Source: a virus
Length of the DNA stretch: 64,000 nucleotides
Strand: one strand, 5' to 3'
Virus record (IMG/VR): IMGVR_UViG_3300021959_008125
Location: 21,866-85,865 of that record
Below the pieces are notes generated by a model, which ran no database searches, had not been told where the DNA came from, and saw only the letters and a program-made list of their open reading frames with translations. The number at the start of each line of letters is the position of its first letter. The first letter of the stretch is position 1. Shown here piece after piece: positions 50,883 to 59,755 of this stretch. Both the position numbers and the translations under genes were made by a program.

Positions 50883-51140
50883 ATGAAAACAGAAGAACAA
50901 AGGTTATTAGATGAACTCTATGATGTAGAGACAAGAAGAGTAACCGGTGATAGCACTTCATCACCGTTAACAGCCGACAACTTACAAGACTACCCAGACG
51001 CAAAAAAACACCAAATTGTGTCGTTTATTAAATCAGGAATTAGAATTTTAGGATATTGCTTTATACCTTTCAATTTGGTAATTTCAGCAATTTTACTTAT
51101 ATTATCTGAAATAGTAGGTATAATCGAAGAATTAGTTTAA
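50883..51140 (+). CDS. Small membrane protein heading the queD-queE operon
   Basis: Hydrophobic C-terminus (IRILGYCFIPFNLVISAILLILSEIVGII). Confidence 0.65.
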   Translation: MKTEEQRLLDELYDVETRRVTGDSTSSPLTADNLQDYPDAKKHQIVSFIKSGIRILGYCFIPFNLVISAILLILSEIVGIIEELV

Positions 51141-51143
51141 GTT

Positions 51144-51608
51144 ATGGGAAAATTTCAATCAACAAAAGTATTTGACGGATTCTCTACAGTATTTCGTCAA
51201 TGGAAAGCAGAAACAACACATTGTAAGTATTTACACGGTTACGGAGTATCTTTTAAACTATGGTTTGAAGGAGATCTAGACGAAAGAAATTGGGTATGGG
51301 ACTTTGGCGGTATGAAAAGAGCTAAAGGAAAAATTGACGGTAAGACTCCTAAAGAATGGATGGATTATATGTTTGATCATACCTTTGTAGTAGCTGAAGA
51401 TGATCCGTATCTACAGTCATTTATTAAAATGGATGGTGTAGTAGCTCAAGTAAGAGTTGTTCCTGCAACAGGAGCAGAAAGATTCGCACAGTTTATCTAT
51501 GATAAAATTAATCCTTTTATTGAAGAAGAAACTGAAGGAAGAGTAAAAATTACAAGAGTAGAATTTAGAGAGCACGGTAAAAATTCAGCGATATATGAGC
51601 CTAGGTAG
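51144..51608 (+). CDS. queD: 6-carboxytetrahydropterin synthase
   Basis: C..LHGY, WVWDFG, FDHTF, TGAE, V.F.EH..N.A.Y. Confidence 0.9.
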   Translation: MGKFQSTKVFDGFSTVFRQWKAETTHCKYLHGYGVSFKLWFEGDLDERNWVWDFGGMKRAKGKIDGKTPKEWMDYMFDHTFVVAEDDPYLQSFIKMDGVVAQVRVVPATGAERFAQFIYDKINPFIEEETEGRVKITRVEFREHGKNSAIYEPR

Positions 51609-52371
51609 AATAGAAGATTACGATAAAGGGCTACCTGTAGTAGAAGTTTATACAGCAGTACAGTCAGAAGGAAGTCGTCAAGGTTATCCTACGGTTGTTA
51701 TTAGAACTACCGGATGTACTCACAGATGTTACTTTGGTGAAGGCGGATGGTGTGATAGCTGGTATACCTCTATTCATCCGGAAAAAGGTAAATATACTTT
51801 TAACGACATTATTAAAAAGTATGATGAAAATCCTCATATATCTGAAATGATGCTAACTGGTGGGTCTCCTACAATGCACCCTAAGCTTGTAAATGAATTA
51901 ACTCACTTTGCTCACGAAAGAGGAATCTTTATTACAATAGAAACTGAAGGAAGTCATTTCTTAGAAACAGATTATCCTATTAATCTCTTATCTATTAGTC
52001 CTAAGTTTTCTAATTCTATTCCTAAAATAGGTGTTTTAACCCCTCAAGGTAGAGAAACTAATCAAAAGATGATAGATAAACATAACAGCTTAAGACTTAA
52101 TTTAGATGCTATTAAGAAATCTATAGAATATCACGATGATTATCATATTAAACCAGTATTGGATAAGAACCTAACGATCTATGGGGAGGTATGGAAATTT
52201 CTAGATGAGTTACAAATTCCTAACGATAAAGTATGGTGTATGCCTGCTGGAGATGATAGAGAATCACTGATGGAAAGTTATCCAGTAGTTATGGATTTTG
52301 TGAGAGATAAAGGATATAGATTTACTGGTAGATCCCACATAATGGCATTTGATACACAGAGAGAAGTTTGA
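51595..52371 (+). CDS. queE: 7-carboxy-7-deazaguanine synthase (radical SAM)
   Basis: VQSEG...G.P.V.IRT.GC, CDS, LTGG.P, IETEG, SISPK. Confidence 0.92.
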   Translation: MSLGRIEDYDKGLPVVEVYTAVQSEGSRQGYPTVVIRTTGCTHRCYFGEGGWCDSWYTSIHPEKGKYTFNDIIKKYDENPHISEMMLTGGSPTMHPKLVNELTHFAHERGIFITIETEGSHFLETDYPINLLSISPKFSNSIPKIGVLTPQGRETNQKMIDKHNSLRLNLDAIKKSIEYHDDYHIKPVLDKNLTIYGEVWKFLDELQIPNDKVWCMPAGDDRESLMESYPVVMDFVRDKGYRFTGRSHIMAFDTQREV

Positions 52372-52532
52372 TGGACGAACTTTGGAATCAAATAGAAGCT
52401 CACTTAAGAATAGTTGATAGCAATTTAGGTATATGCTGCCAAGATTATTGTGATGCAGCTATAGCAAGAAGTGAACTAGAACAAGCCATAGATAAAATGG
52501 TAGAAATAAGATTAAAAATAGAAAACAAATGA
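52371..52532 (+). CDS. Small hypothetical protein with CCxxxC (53 aa, not in ORF track)
   Basis: TGATG and ATGA overlaps on either side. Confidence 0.5.
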   Translation: MDELWNQIEAHLRIVDSNLGICCQDYCDAAIARSELEQAIDKMVEIRLKIENK

Positions 52533-52738
52533 CAAAAGAACTTTACAAAATGTTAAAAACATCTGCAGAAGCAGATAAAGCAAAAGCATTACTATCATTA
52601 GAGTTATTAGGAAATAAAGCTGTAGGTATTGGAGATCATTCCACAGAAGATTTTTATAATAATGCAGAAGAAGCTTTAATTAAACTGGTGGATGCTGATG
52701 ATAGGTTAAATACTTTAGATAAGTACTTTAAAAAGTGA
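52529..52738 (+). CDS. Hypothetical phage protein
   Basis: AVGIGDHS motif. Confidence 0.65.
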   Translation: MTKELYKMLKTSAEADKAKALLSLELLGNKAVGIGDHSTEDFYNNAEEALIKLVDADDRLNTLDKYFKK

Positions 52739-52992
52739 GTCATATTATAGGAAATAAATGTGTTGGCGTCAAAGATGGCGTCTGTATAGAAGTTTGCCCT
52801 ATTGATAACTGTATTGTCGAAGGTGAAACCTCAATGTATATTAACCCAGAAACTTGCATAGATTGTGGAGCTTGCATATGGGAATGTCCTGTAGAAGCTA
52901 TTTATGACAGTGAGGATGAAGCCATTTCAGCCGGCGAAGAAGACGCAGTCCACAAAAATTATGAGTTTTTCGGATTTAAATTCAATAGTTAA
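52735..52992 (+). CDS. Ferredoxin (7Fe/8Fe FdxA-like)
   Basis: C......C..VCP..C and CIDCGAC..ECP. Confidence 0.92.
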   Translation: MSHIIGNKCVGVKDGVCIEVCPIDNCIVEGETSMYINPETCIDCGACIWECPVEAIYDSEDEAISAGEEDAVHKNYEFFGFKFNS

Positions 52993-53279
52993 TGACATTT
53001 CAAGAAATTATTAAGAATTGCCCTACAGTAGATTATTCTTCTATTTATGTTTTTATAGGAGAAGATTGCGTATGGGATTATAAAGAAGGAGATAAGAGTA
53101 TAATGCTTATTTCTGAGCAGCCCTGCATAGATGACGAAAACGTTACTTTAGCCGAGCTAATAAATTATTCTAAAGAGTTGGAAACTCCAGAAGATTTTCT
53201 TACTTTAGAATGTGAATATGAAAGACAAGAATTAAATTCGTTTGAATGGTTAGAAAACAAACTTATATTGTCCTTTTAG
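52992..53279 (+). CDS. Hypothetical acidic protein
   Basis: 95 aa coupled ORF. Confidence 0.55.
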   Translation: MTFQEIIKNCPTVDYSSIYVFIGEDCVWDYKEGDKSIMLISEQPCIDDENVTLAELINYSKELETPEDFLTLECEYERQELNSFEWLENKLILSF

Positions 53280-53857
53280 GACTACTTGCACTAGGCTGCA
53301 CTAAACCAGAGCCAGCATTATCCCAAGAACTTAGAGAAAGAGTAGAATTCAGTATAGATGGATTATTTTCCGGAGTATACTCTGAAGTATTAGAACAGCC
53401 ACTAGAGGTAACTTACATAGTACCATGCCCGGATGGAGATGCATCCAGAACAGGATTAGACTTCTACGAAGACGCAAACATTCATACATCAGATGATGAT
53501 GATTATAGAAATAATGTTTGGGATAAAGGACATTTAGCTCCAGCAGCAGCATTCTCTTGTGATAGAGAAACAATTAAAAAAACTTTTACTTATTTAAATT
53601 CAGCTTTACAGCACCAGTCTTTAAATAGAGGTGCCTGGAACAGATTAGAATCTGTCGAGAGAGGAATGGCCATTTGGCATGAAGTAGAAGTCAAAATAGA
53701 AGTTATATTTGATGAAAACAGTCAGGTTCTACCTTCAGGTGCTACAGTACCTAGAGCATTTAGGAAAACTATTAAAGCTGGGGACGTCACTAAAGTATTT
53801 TACTTCCCTAATATTGATACATCCGGAACGGATTGGGAAGATTACTTAATCCAATAA
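53246..53857 (+). CDS. DNA/RNA non-specific endonuclease, lipoprotein
   Basis: Lipobox LALGC; DKGHLAPAA; N..LQH.SLNRGAW..LE; VP..F.K. Confidence 0.9.
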   Translation: MVRKQTYIVLLGLLALGCTKPEPALSQELRERVEFSIDGLFSGVYSEVLEQPLEVTYIVPCPDGDASRTGLDFYEDANIHTSDDDDYRNNVWDKGHLAPAAAFSCDRETIKKTFTYLNSALQHQSLNRGAWNRLESVERGMAIWHEVEVKIEVIFDENSQVLPSGATVPRAFRKTIKAGDVTKVFYFPNIDTSGTDWEDYLIQ

Positions 53858-53858
53858 T

Positions 53859-54032
53859 ATGCCAGAAAAAGAATTTATTGATTGGTTCAAAGGCTTTGCC
53901 GAAGGAGCCCATCATTTTAATATTTCTCCAAAGCAATGGGAGGAATTGAAAGAAAAACTATCGTCCGTTGGGAAGGAATCTAGTAATAATTATGTAATCG
54001 ATAATAATTACTGGACAACAACGATAGCTTAA
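53859..54032 (+). CDS. Small hypothetical protein (57 aa, not in ORF track)
   Basis: MPEKEFIDWFKGFAEG...QWEELKEKL. Confidence 0.6.
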   Translation: MPEKEFIDWFKGFAEGAHHFNISPKQWEELKEKLSSVGKESSNNYVIDNNYWTTTIA

Positions 54033-54041
54033 AGGTTATAT

Positions 54042-56576
54042 ATGTTTAATTTTAATTTATTTATGATGAGAAATCTCATTTTAACTCTGTTAGGTTTACT
54101 AACAGTTGGAGCTTACGCTCAAGAAAGCGCTGTAAATGACACAATCGTTACACAGCAGTTAGAAGAAGTTGTAGTCTCTTCAAGAGTTATTGACGTTGCT
54201 AAAGCACGTGTTACTCCTGTAGCAGTATCAACAATTTCAGCTAGCGACATTTCGTTGAAAGTAGGTAACTTAGAGTTTCCTGAAATCATGAACAGCACAC
54301 CTGGTGTGTATGCTACAAAACAAGGCGGTGGATATGGGGACTCTCGTATCTCATTACGTGGTTTTGATCAGCGTAACACTTCTTTCCTTATCAATGGACA
54401 ACCAGTTAACGATATGGAAAACGGATGGGTGTATTGGTCAAACTGGCAAGGATTAACCGATGTTGCTTCAGGTATCCAAATCCAAAGAGGATTGGGCGCT
54501 TCAAGGTTAGCAGTACCTTCTGTAGGTGGAACAGTATCCATCTTCACAAAAGCTGCAAGTAAAGATGAAGGAGGATCATTTACTCAAGTAATCGGAAATG
54601 ATGGCTACACTAAAACAACAGCAGCCTACAACACCGGTAAAAACGAGAACGGATGGGCAACTTCTGTTTTATTAAGTAAATGGGCTGGAGACGGTTACAT
54701 TTATAATACATCCGGAGAAGGATGGACTTACTTCTTTGCATTAGGATATGCACCAGAAGATTCTAATCACGCTCTTAACTTATCAGTTTTAGGTGCAGGA
54801 CAATGGCACCACCAAAGAGATGTTTGGGTATCTATTAGAGATTACCAAAACTTCGGAGAAGAAGGAATTGATAGAAGATGGAATTCAAATGGTGGAATTT
54901 TAAATGGAGAAGAATATTCTTTAAGAAGAAACTTCTACAACAAACCATTAGCTACATTGAACTGGGATTGGGATATTTCTGAGAACGTTCAATTAAACAC
55001 TTCTTTCTACGCTTCAGCAGGTAGAGGTGGAGGAACAGGACCTAGAGGTAATAACTTTAGAGGTTCAGCAACAGATATCTTACCTTTTAGAAAAGATCTA
55101 ACTGAGCATTACTTAGAAAATGGTAGAGGTTCAAGATTGGCTAATGGATTTATTGATTTTGATGCTATTGTTGCTTCTAACAGAAATACGACTGATCCTT
55201 ATACTGGAGATATTTCTAGATTTGCTGGTCAAAAAATTGGTTCTAATGGATTTAGAGATGATGGAGTAAATAGAGTAGCTTTAATTAGAAGAGCTTCTAT
55301 GAACTCTCATGACTGGGTAGGTGCAATTTCGTCTTTAGATATTACTTCTGGTAATTTTAAATACTCTTTAGGAGTTGATCTTAGAAACTACACTGGGTAT
55401 CATTACCGAGTAGTTAACGATCTATTAGGATTAGATGGTTATTATTCAACAGGTAACAAGAACTCTGCTGGTCAGATTATTGAAACAACAGTTGAAGCAA
55501 ACCCATTCAAGAACACTGGAATTAGAGGACCTAAAATCGACTACTATAATATCGGTAAAGTAGGTTGGCAAGGTGTTAACGGTTTAGTTGAATATAACAA
55601 CTCTACCTTATCTGCAGTATTACAAGCAGGTCTATCTAACCAATCATTCCAAAGAATAGACTACTTTGATCAACCTGGTAATCCAGAATCTGATGTACAA
55701 AATCAAGGAGGAGGATATGTTAAAGGTGGTGCTAACTATAACTTAGATGAAAAATCTAATGTATTCTTTAATGCAGGTTATATCTCTAGACAGCCACAAT
55801 TTGACGCAGTATTCCCTAACTATGCAAATAACATCAATCCAGATCTACAAAACGAAGAAATTCAATCAGTAGAATTTGGGTATGGATTTATTACAAATAA
55901 GTTAAAATTAAACGTAAACGTTTACTCTACAAACTGGGGTAATAGATTTGTTACAAGAAACTTATCTAACCAGCAAGGAGTAGATGGATTCGCACAATTT
56001 AAAGATATCGATGTTACTCACAACGGTATTGAAATTGAAGGAACTTATAGTTTATCTTATAAAACTAAGTTTAAAGGAATGTTATCAATTGGTGACTGGA
56101 CTTATGATCAAAACTTTGAAGCTGAATTATTTGACGATAATCAGCAATCAATCGGTACTGGAACTCTTTATACTAAAGGAGCTAAAGTTGGTGATGCAGC
56201 ACAATTCGTTGCTAACCTAGCAGTTGATCAAAACTTAGGAAGATTAGGTAAGTTAGATCTTAACTATAGATTCGTAGATGGTTTATATGCTGACTACTCG
56301 ATTACAGATTCAGCATTTACTTCACCAGATAACGATGGTGCGTTAAAACTACCTTCTTACGGTATTGTAGACCTAGGATATACAAAATACTTCGGAAGTA
56401 AATTAAGCTTCAGAGCGAATGTAAATAACGTGTTAGACACAACTTATATTGCTGAGTCTAACTCTAATATTCATGCAGGAGCAGGCTCAACTACATGGAA
56501 TGGAATCGATGTAAGAAACTCAGTATGGTTCGGATTTGGAAGAACTTTCAATGCGTCTCTTAAATATAGATTCTAA
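54042..56576 (+). CDS. TonB-dependent outer-membrane receptor
   Basis: Signal peptide (likely start 54063), TonB box LEEVVV, plug TPGVY/SLRGF/LINGQP/IQRG, C-terminal GRTFNASLKYRF. Confidence 0.95.
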   Translation: MFNFNLFMMRNLILTLLGLLTVGAYAQESAVNDTIVTQQLEEVVVSSRVIDVAKARVTPVAVSTISASDISLKVGNLEFPEIMNSTPGVYATKQGGGYGDSRISLRGFDQRNTSFLINGQPVNDMENGWVYWSNWQGLTDVASGIQIQRGLGASRLAVPSVGGTVSIFTKAASKDEGGSFTQVIGNDGYTKTTAAYNTGKNENGWATSVLLSKWAGDGYIYNTSGEGWTYFFALGYAPEDSNHALNLSVLGAGQWHHQRDVWVSIRDYQNFGEEGIDRRWNSNGGILNGEEYSLRRNFYNKPLATLNWDWDISENVQLNTSFYASAGRGGGTGPRGNNFRGSATDILPFRKDLTEHYLENGRGSRLANGFIDFDAIVASNRNTTDPYTGDISRFAGQKIGSNGFRDDGVNRVALIRRASMNSHDWVGAISSLDITSGNFKYSLGVDLRNYTGYHYRVVNDLLGLDGYYSTGNKNSAGQIIETTVEANPFKNTGIRGPKIDYYNIGKVGWQGVNGLVEYNNSTLSAVLQAGLSNQSFQRIDYFDQPGNPESDVQNQGGGYVKGGANYNLDEKSNVFFNAGYISRQPQFDAVFPNYANNINPDLQNEEIQSVEFGYGFITNKLKLNVNVYSTNWGNRFVTRNLSNQQGVDGFAQFKDIDVTHNGIEIEGTYSLSYKTKFKGMLSIGDWTYDQNFEAELFDDNQQSIGTGTLYTKGAKVGDAAQFVANLAVDQNLGRLGKLDLNYRFVDGLYADYSITDSAFTSPDNDGALKLPSYGIVDLGYTKYFGSKLSFRANVNNVLDTTYIAESNSNIHAGAGSTTWNGIDVRNSVWFGFGRTFNASLKYRF

Positions 56577-56592
56577 TATTGAAAAAAAAATT

Positions 56593-56622
56593 AAGGGGAG
56601 CTTTTTAGCTCCCTTTTTTTTT
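56593..56622 (+). terminator. Rho-independent terminator
   Basis: AAGGGGAGCT-tttt-AGCTCCCTTT followed by a T run. Confidence 0.88.
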
Positions 56623-56636
56623 CTTATATTATTAAT

Positions 56637-57056
56637 ATGAAAGAAAAGGTTTATTTATCATGGAATTGGGTAGATCAACAAGTTATGACTCTTGGGGAGA
56701 CTATCAAAGAATCAGTCAGTGAATTTTTATACGTAACAGGCATTCCAAGAGGAGGTTTAATCCCTGGAGCATACCTTTCACATTATTTAGGAATAAAATA
56801 CATTCCATATGCTGATGCAAAACAGCTTCCTATAAGTCTTAGAAAACAAGTTTTAGTAATAGACGATATCTGTGATAGCGGTATGACTTTATTAGAAGCT
56901 ACAGAATACGGATTCCAGACAGCAGCTTTAGCATACAGATACTCTTCTCCCTATATGCCTGAATGGTATTCAGAAAAAATAGAAGATGATAGATGGCTTG
57001 TATTTCCATGGGAAAGAGTAGATTCAAAAACAATACAAGATTATTTGGATAATTGA
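56637..57056 (+). CDS. Purine phosphoribosyltransferase (Gpt-like)
   Basis: GIPRGGLIP, VLVIDDICDSGMT (PRPP loop), WLVFPWE. Confidence 0.9.
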   Translation: MKEKVYLSWNWVDQQVMTLGETIKESVSEFLYVTGIPRGGLIPGAYLSHYLGIKYIPYADAKQLPISLRKQVLVIDDICDSGMTLLEATEYGFQTAALAYRYSSPYMPEWYSEKIEDDRWLVFPWERVDSKTIQDYLDN

Positions 57057-57073
57057 GATAATATTCCTATATT
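57045..57073 (+). promoter_or_regulatory. Bacteroidota-type promoter TTG-N20-TATATT for the folE operon
   Basis: TTG at 57045-57047, TATATT at 57068-57073. Confidence 0.7.
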
Positions 57074-57086
57074 GTATAATGGTTAT

Positions 57087-57116
57087 GAGTGTCGTAGAAC
57101 CACTTTAAAAAACAAT
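57087..57116 (+). ncRNA. Putative class I preQ1 riboswitch aptamer
   Basis: P1 GAGTG/CACTT, loop TCGTAGAAC, tail TAAAAAACAA, a few nt from the folE ATG. Confidence 0.78.
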
Positions 57117-57118
57117 TA

Positions 57119-57787
57119 ATGAGTAAAGATTTAGAATTAGTAAAAGTAGGTTATGCCAACGGAGTTGCTCCTGGCTTTCCTCTAACAGAAGATGAAAAAT
57201 GGAAAATGGTCGAACTAGCGGCTGAAAAGTATGGAGAGTTTCTCGATGCTTTAGGTTGTGATTGGCGTAATGATCCTAATTCGGCTGATACTCCTAGAAG
57301 AGTAGCTAAAGCCTATGCATTCGATCTATGGAAAGGTAGATACGATGCTATGACTGATATAACAGCATTTCCTTCTGACGGTTATAACGGAATCGTTCAG
57401 GAGTCTAATATCCCGGTGACATCGATGTGTAGCCATCACCATCAGACTATTGGTGGTCGTGTGAGTATCGCTTATGTACCGTCTGAGAATGGTAAAGTAG
57501 TAGGTCTGTCTAAACTCAACCGAATCGTCGAGCATTTCGGTAGAAGAGGTGCTATACAAGAGCAGCTTACTGTAGCCATTCATAATGCAATCGATAAGAT
57601 TTGCGAAGGTAACTTAGGTGTAGCGGTAATGATCGATGCTACCCATAACTGTGTTAGCTGTAGAGGTGTTAAACATCACGGTGCTTCAATGCAAACAGCT
57701 AAACTATCAGGATGCTTCTTAAATGAAGATTCAGCGAGAGCGGAGTTTTACAAGAATATTGAACTAGCAGGAAAATGCAGATCGTAG
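57119..57787 (+). CDS. folE: GTP cyclohydrolase I
   Basis: TPRRVAK, SMCSHH, GLSKLNR, IQEQLT, H.CVSCRGV. Confidence 0.97.
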   Translation: MSKDLELVKVGYANGVAPGFPLTEDEKWKMVELAAEKYGEFLDALGCDWRNDPNSADTPRRVAKAYAFDLWKGRYDAMTDITAFPSDGYNGIVQESNIPVTSMCSHHHQTIGGRVSIAYVPSENGKVVGLSKLNRIVEHFGRRGAIQEQLTVAIHNAIDKICEGNLGVAVMIDATHNCVSCRGVKHHGASMQTAKLSGCFLNEDSARAEFYKNIELAGKCRS

Positions 57788-58209
57788 ACTTCGAAGAAAG
57801 ACCTTGGGGGTATTATGAAGTTCTTTTAGAGCTTCCTGAGACTAAAGTAAAGCAGATTACAGTAGATAACGGTCATAGATTATCTTATCAATATCATGTG
57901 CATAGAGATGAGACTTGGGTTGTTGTTGCTGGAAAAGCTAAAGTAACCTTAGACGGTAAAAATACTATAGTAGAACCAGGTCAGACTATTCAAATTACTA
58001 GAGGTGTAAAACATAGAGTAGAAGCCATAGGTAAAGAAGACTTAACATTTATAGAAGTACAGACCGGAGATTACTTCGGTGAAGATGATATAGTTAGGTT
58101 AGAGGATGATTATGAAAGAGCAGAATTAGAGCATCTTAGAGATAATAACTATATTGGGGGGTTAACTATGCCTATTAAAAATACTAATAAACTAAATAAA
58201 GATGAGTAA
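57775..58209 (+). CDS. Mannose-6-phosphate isomerase type II C-terminal cupin
   Basis: RPWG, LSYQYH.HR.E.W, IEVQTG.Y.GEDDIVR..DDY. Confidence 0.9.
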   Translation: MQIVDFEERPWGYYEVLLELPETKVKQITVDNGHRLSYQYHVHRDETWVVVAGKAKVTLDGKNTIVEPGQTIQITRGVKHRVEAIGKEDLTFIEVQTGDYFGEDDIVRLEDDYERAELEHLRDNNYIGGLTMPIKNTNKLNKDE

Positions 58210-58765
58210 GCAATTATCATTATTCCCAGCAGAAGAACTAGAATGGGTTAACGGAGTCCCGTTTGTGGATGAAGTAGAAACTTTTAACAAAACATTTGGT
58301 AAACCAAATAACTATGAACCAACTATCCCCGCAGAAAAAGAATGGAAGTTTGTCTATGACTTCATACTCGAAGAACTTGAAGAATATAGAGAAGCTTGCG
58401 AAAGGGGCGACATTGTGGAAGTTTTGGACGCTTTGTGCGACATTACTTATGTTTCCCTTGGGAACGGTGTTATGTTACATGGCCTTAAGGATAAGATATG
58501 GGACGCATATCAAGAGGTACAAGCAAGTAATATGTCAAAAGCTTGTAAAACTGAAGAAGAAGCCATACAGACCGTCAGCCAAAGAAGTGAGGAACAAGGT
58601 GAGGCCTGTCATTATGAGAAGATTGCGCAAGGAAGGTTTATTGTCTACCGTTCCAGAGATCGAAAAGTAATGAAATCAATTAACTACTTCAGACCAGACT
58701 TAACTAAGTTTTTTACTGAAGATGATATATTTAGAAATAGACCACAACAACACGTAGGAATATGA
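58202..58765 (+). CDS. All-alpha NTP pyrophosphohydrolase (MazG-like, DR2231/PRA-PH family)
   Basis: EELEEY, DALCDITYV, EV..SNMSK, K..K...Y..PDL. Confidence 0.85.
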   Translation: MSKQLSLFPAEELEWVNGVPFVDEVETFNKTFGKPNNYEPTIPAEKEWKFVYDFILEELEEYREACERGDIVEVLDALCDITYVSLGNGVMLHGLKDKIWDAYQEVQASNMSKACKTEEEAIQTVSQRSEEQGEACHYEKIAQGRFIVYRSRDRKVMKSINYFRPDLTKFFTEDDIFRNRPQQHVGI

Positions 58766-58935
58766 TTAATTTAGATGAACATAAAGTTTACGTAGAGAGT
58801 CATAAAATGGATATGATTCCATATTCAGTTGCTAAACAAGCTGTGCAAGAAGCTTACAATAATGCTGAACAAGTAGAGACTTCATTAAATGATATCATAA
58901 AAGCTTTTAATAAATTAAATTCATTAGATGATTAA
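58762..58935 (+). CDS. Small hypothetical protein (57 aa, not in ORF track)
   Basis: MINLDEHK...; overlaps both neighbours. Confidence 0.55.
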   Translation: MINLDEHKVYVESHKMDMIPYSVAKQAVQEAYNNAEQVETSLNDIIKAFNKLNSLDD

Positions 58936-59755
58936 AATAGCACACGAAGCTCCTATAGATATCTTTGAAGAAGTTCAGAGATTTACAGATTACGATTATG
59001 CTTTAGTTCATTTGCTTGAACAAAATTCTAGATATAGAGATACTTTTGAAAGAGTTATTAAAAAAGGTAGAGAAGTTATTTTAGATAATTCTATCTTTGA
59101 GTTAGAAGAAGCTTTTGAAGCTGATAGATTTGATCAGTGGATTAATAGACTTAAGCCGTACTGGTATATCGTTCCTGATGCATTAGAAGATGCAGAAAAA
59201 ACTATGCGTCAAATGCAAGACTGGAATGATAAAGGATACGGGTATAAAGGTAGCTGTAAGATAGGTGTTGTTCAAGGTAAGACTTATGATGAGATTGTTG
59301 ACTGTTATAACTTTATGAATGAACCTCAACAGGATGTAGATATGATTGCTATATCTTTTGACTATTCGTATTATACTGTATCTGTCCCTCATCCTAACAA
59401 ATATGTAAGTTGGATGCTTGGTAGAGTTAAACTCTTAGGAGACCTATTGAGAGACGGTGTGATAAACACTGAAAAGAAGCATCACCTATTAGGTTGCGGA
59501 TTACCTCAAGAATTTAGTTTTTATAAGCATTCAGATTATAATTGGATCTATTCTTTAGATACTTCTAACCCTATAGTACATGCTATAAAAGGCATAGAAT
59601 ATACCGATCAAGGATTATGGAACAAAGAATCTCAAAAGCTACATGAGCTTATCGATTATGATATTGATAAAATTGATTTGTCTTTAATGAAGACTAATTT
59701 GGTTAAATTTAGATGGTTTACAAATGGAGAAACGCCAGTGGGTAGCATACTTTAG
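58928..59755 (+). CDS. dpdA: TGT-fold 7-deazaguanine transglycosylase-like protein (DpdA family)
   Basis: ILDNS, VPD, GVVQG, HHLLG, SLDTS motifs; located in the que gene cluster. Confidence 0.75.
   Translation: MIKIAHEAPIDIFEEVQRFTDYDYALVHLLEQNSRYRDTFERVIKKGREVILDNSIFELEEAFEADRFDQWINRLKPYWYIVPDALEDAEKTMRQMQDWNDKGYGYKGSCKIGVVQGKTYDEIVDCYNFMNEPQQDVDMIAISFDYSYYTVSVPHPNKYVSWMLGRVKLLGDLLRDGVINTEKKHHLLGCGLPQEFSFYKHSDYNWIYSLDTSNPIVHAIKGIEYTDQGLWNKESQKLHELIDYDIDKIDLSLMKTNLVKFRWFTNGETPVGSIL

Noticed and set aside
5783-59392. All minus-strand ORFs in the track (for example 19136..19495, 20093..20590, 31914..32300)
   Set aside because: They are antisense shadows of well-supported + strand genes and carry no recognisable motifs.
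58928-59755. Interpreting the que genes as host tRNA queuosine auxiliary genes
   Set aside because: No queA, queG or queH is present. The TGT-fold protein lacks the tRNA-TGT zinc site and is coupled to a formyltransferase, and the only tRNA here (Glu) is not a Q substrate. DNA modification fits better.
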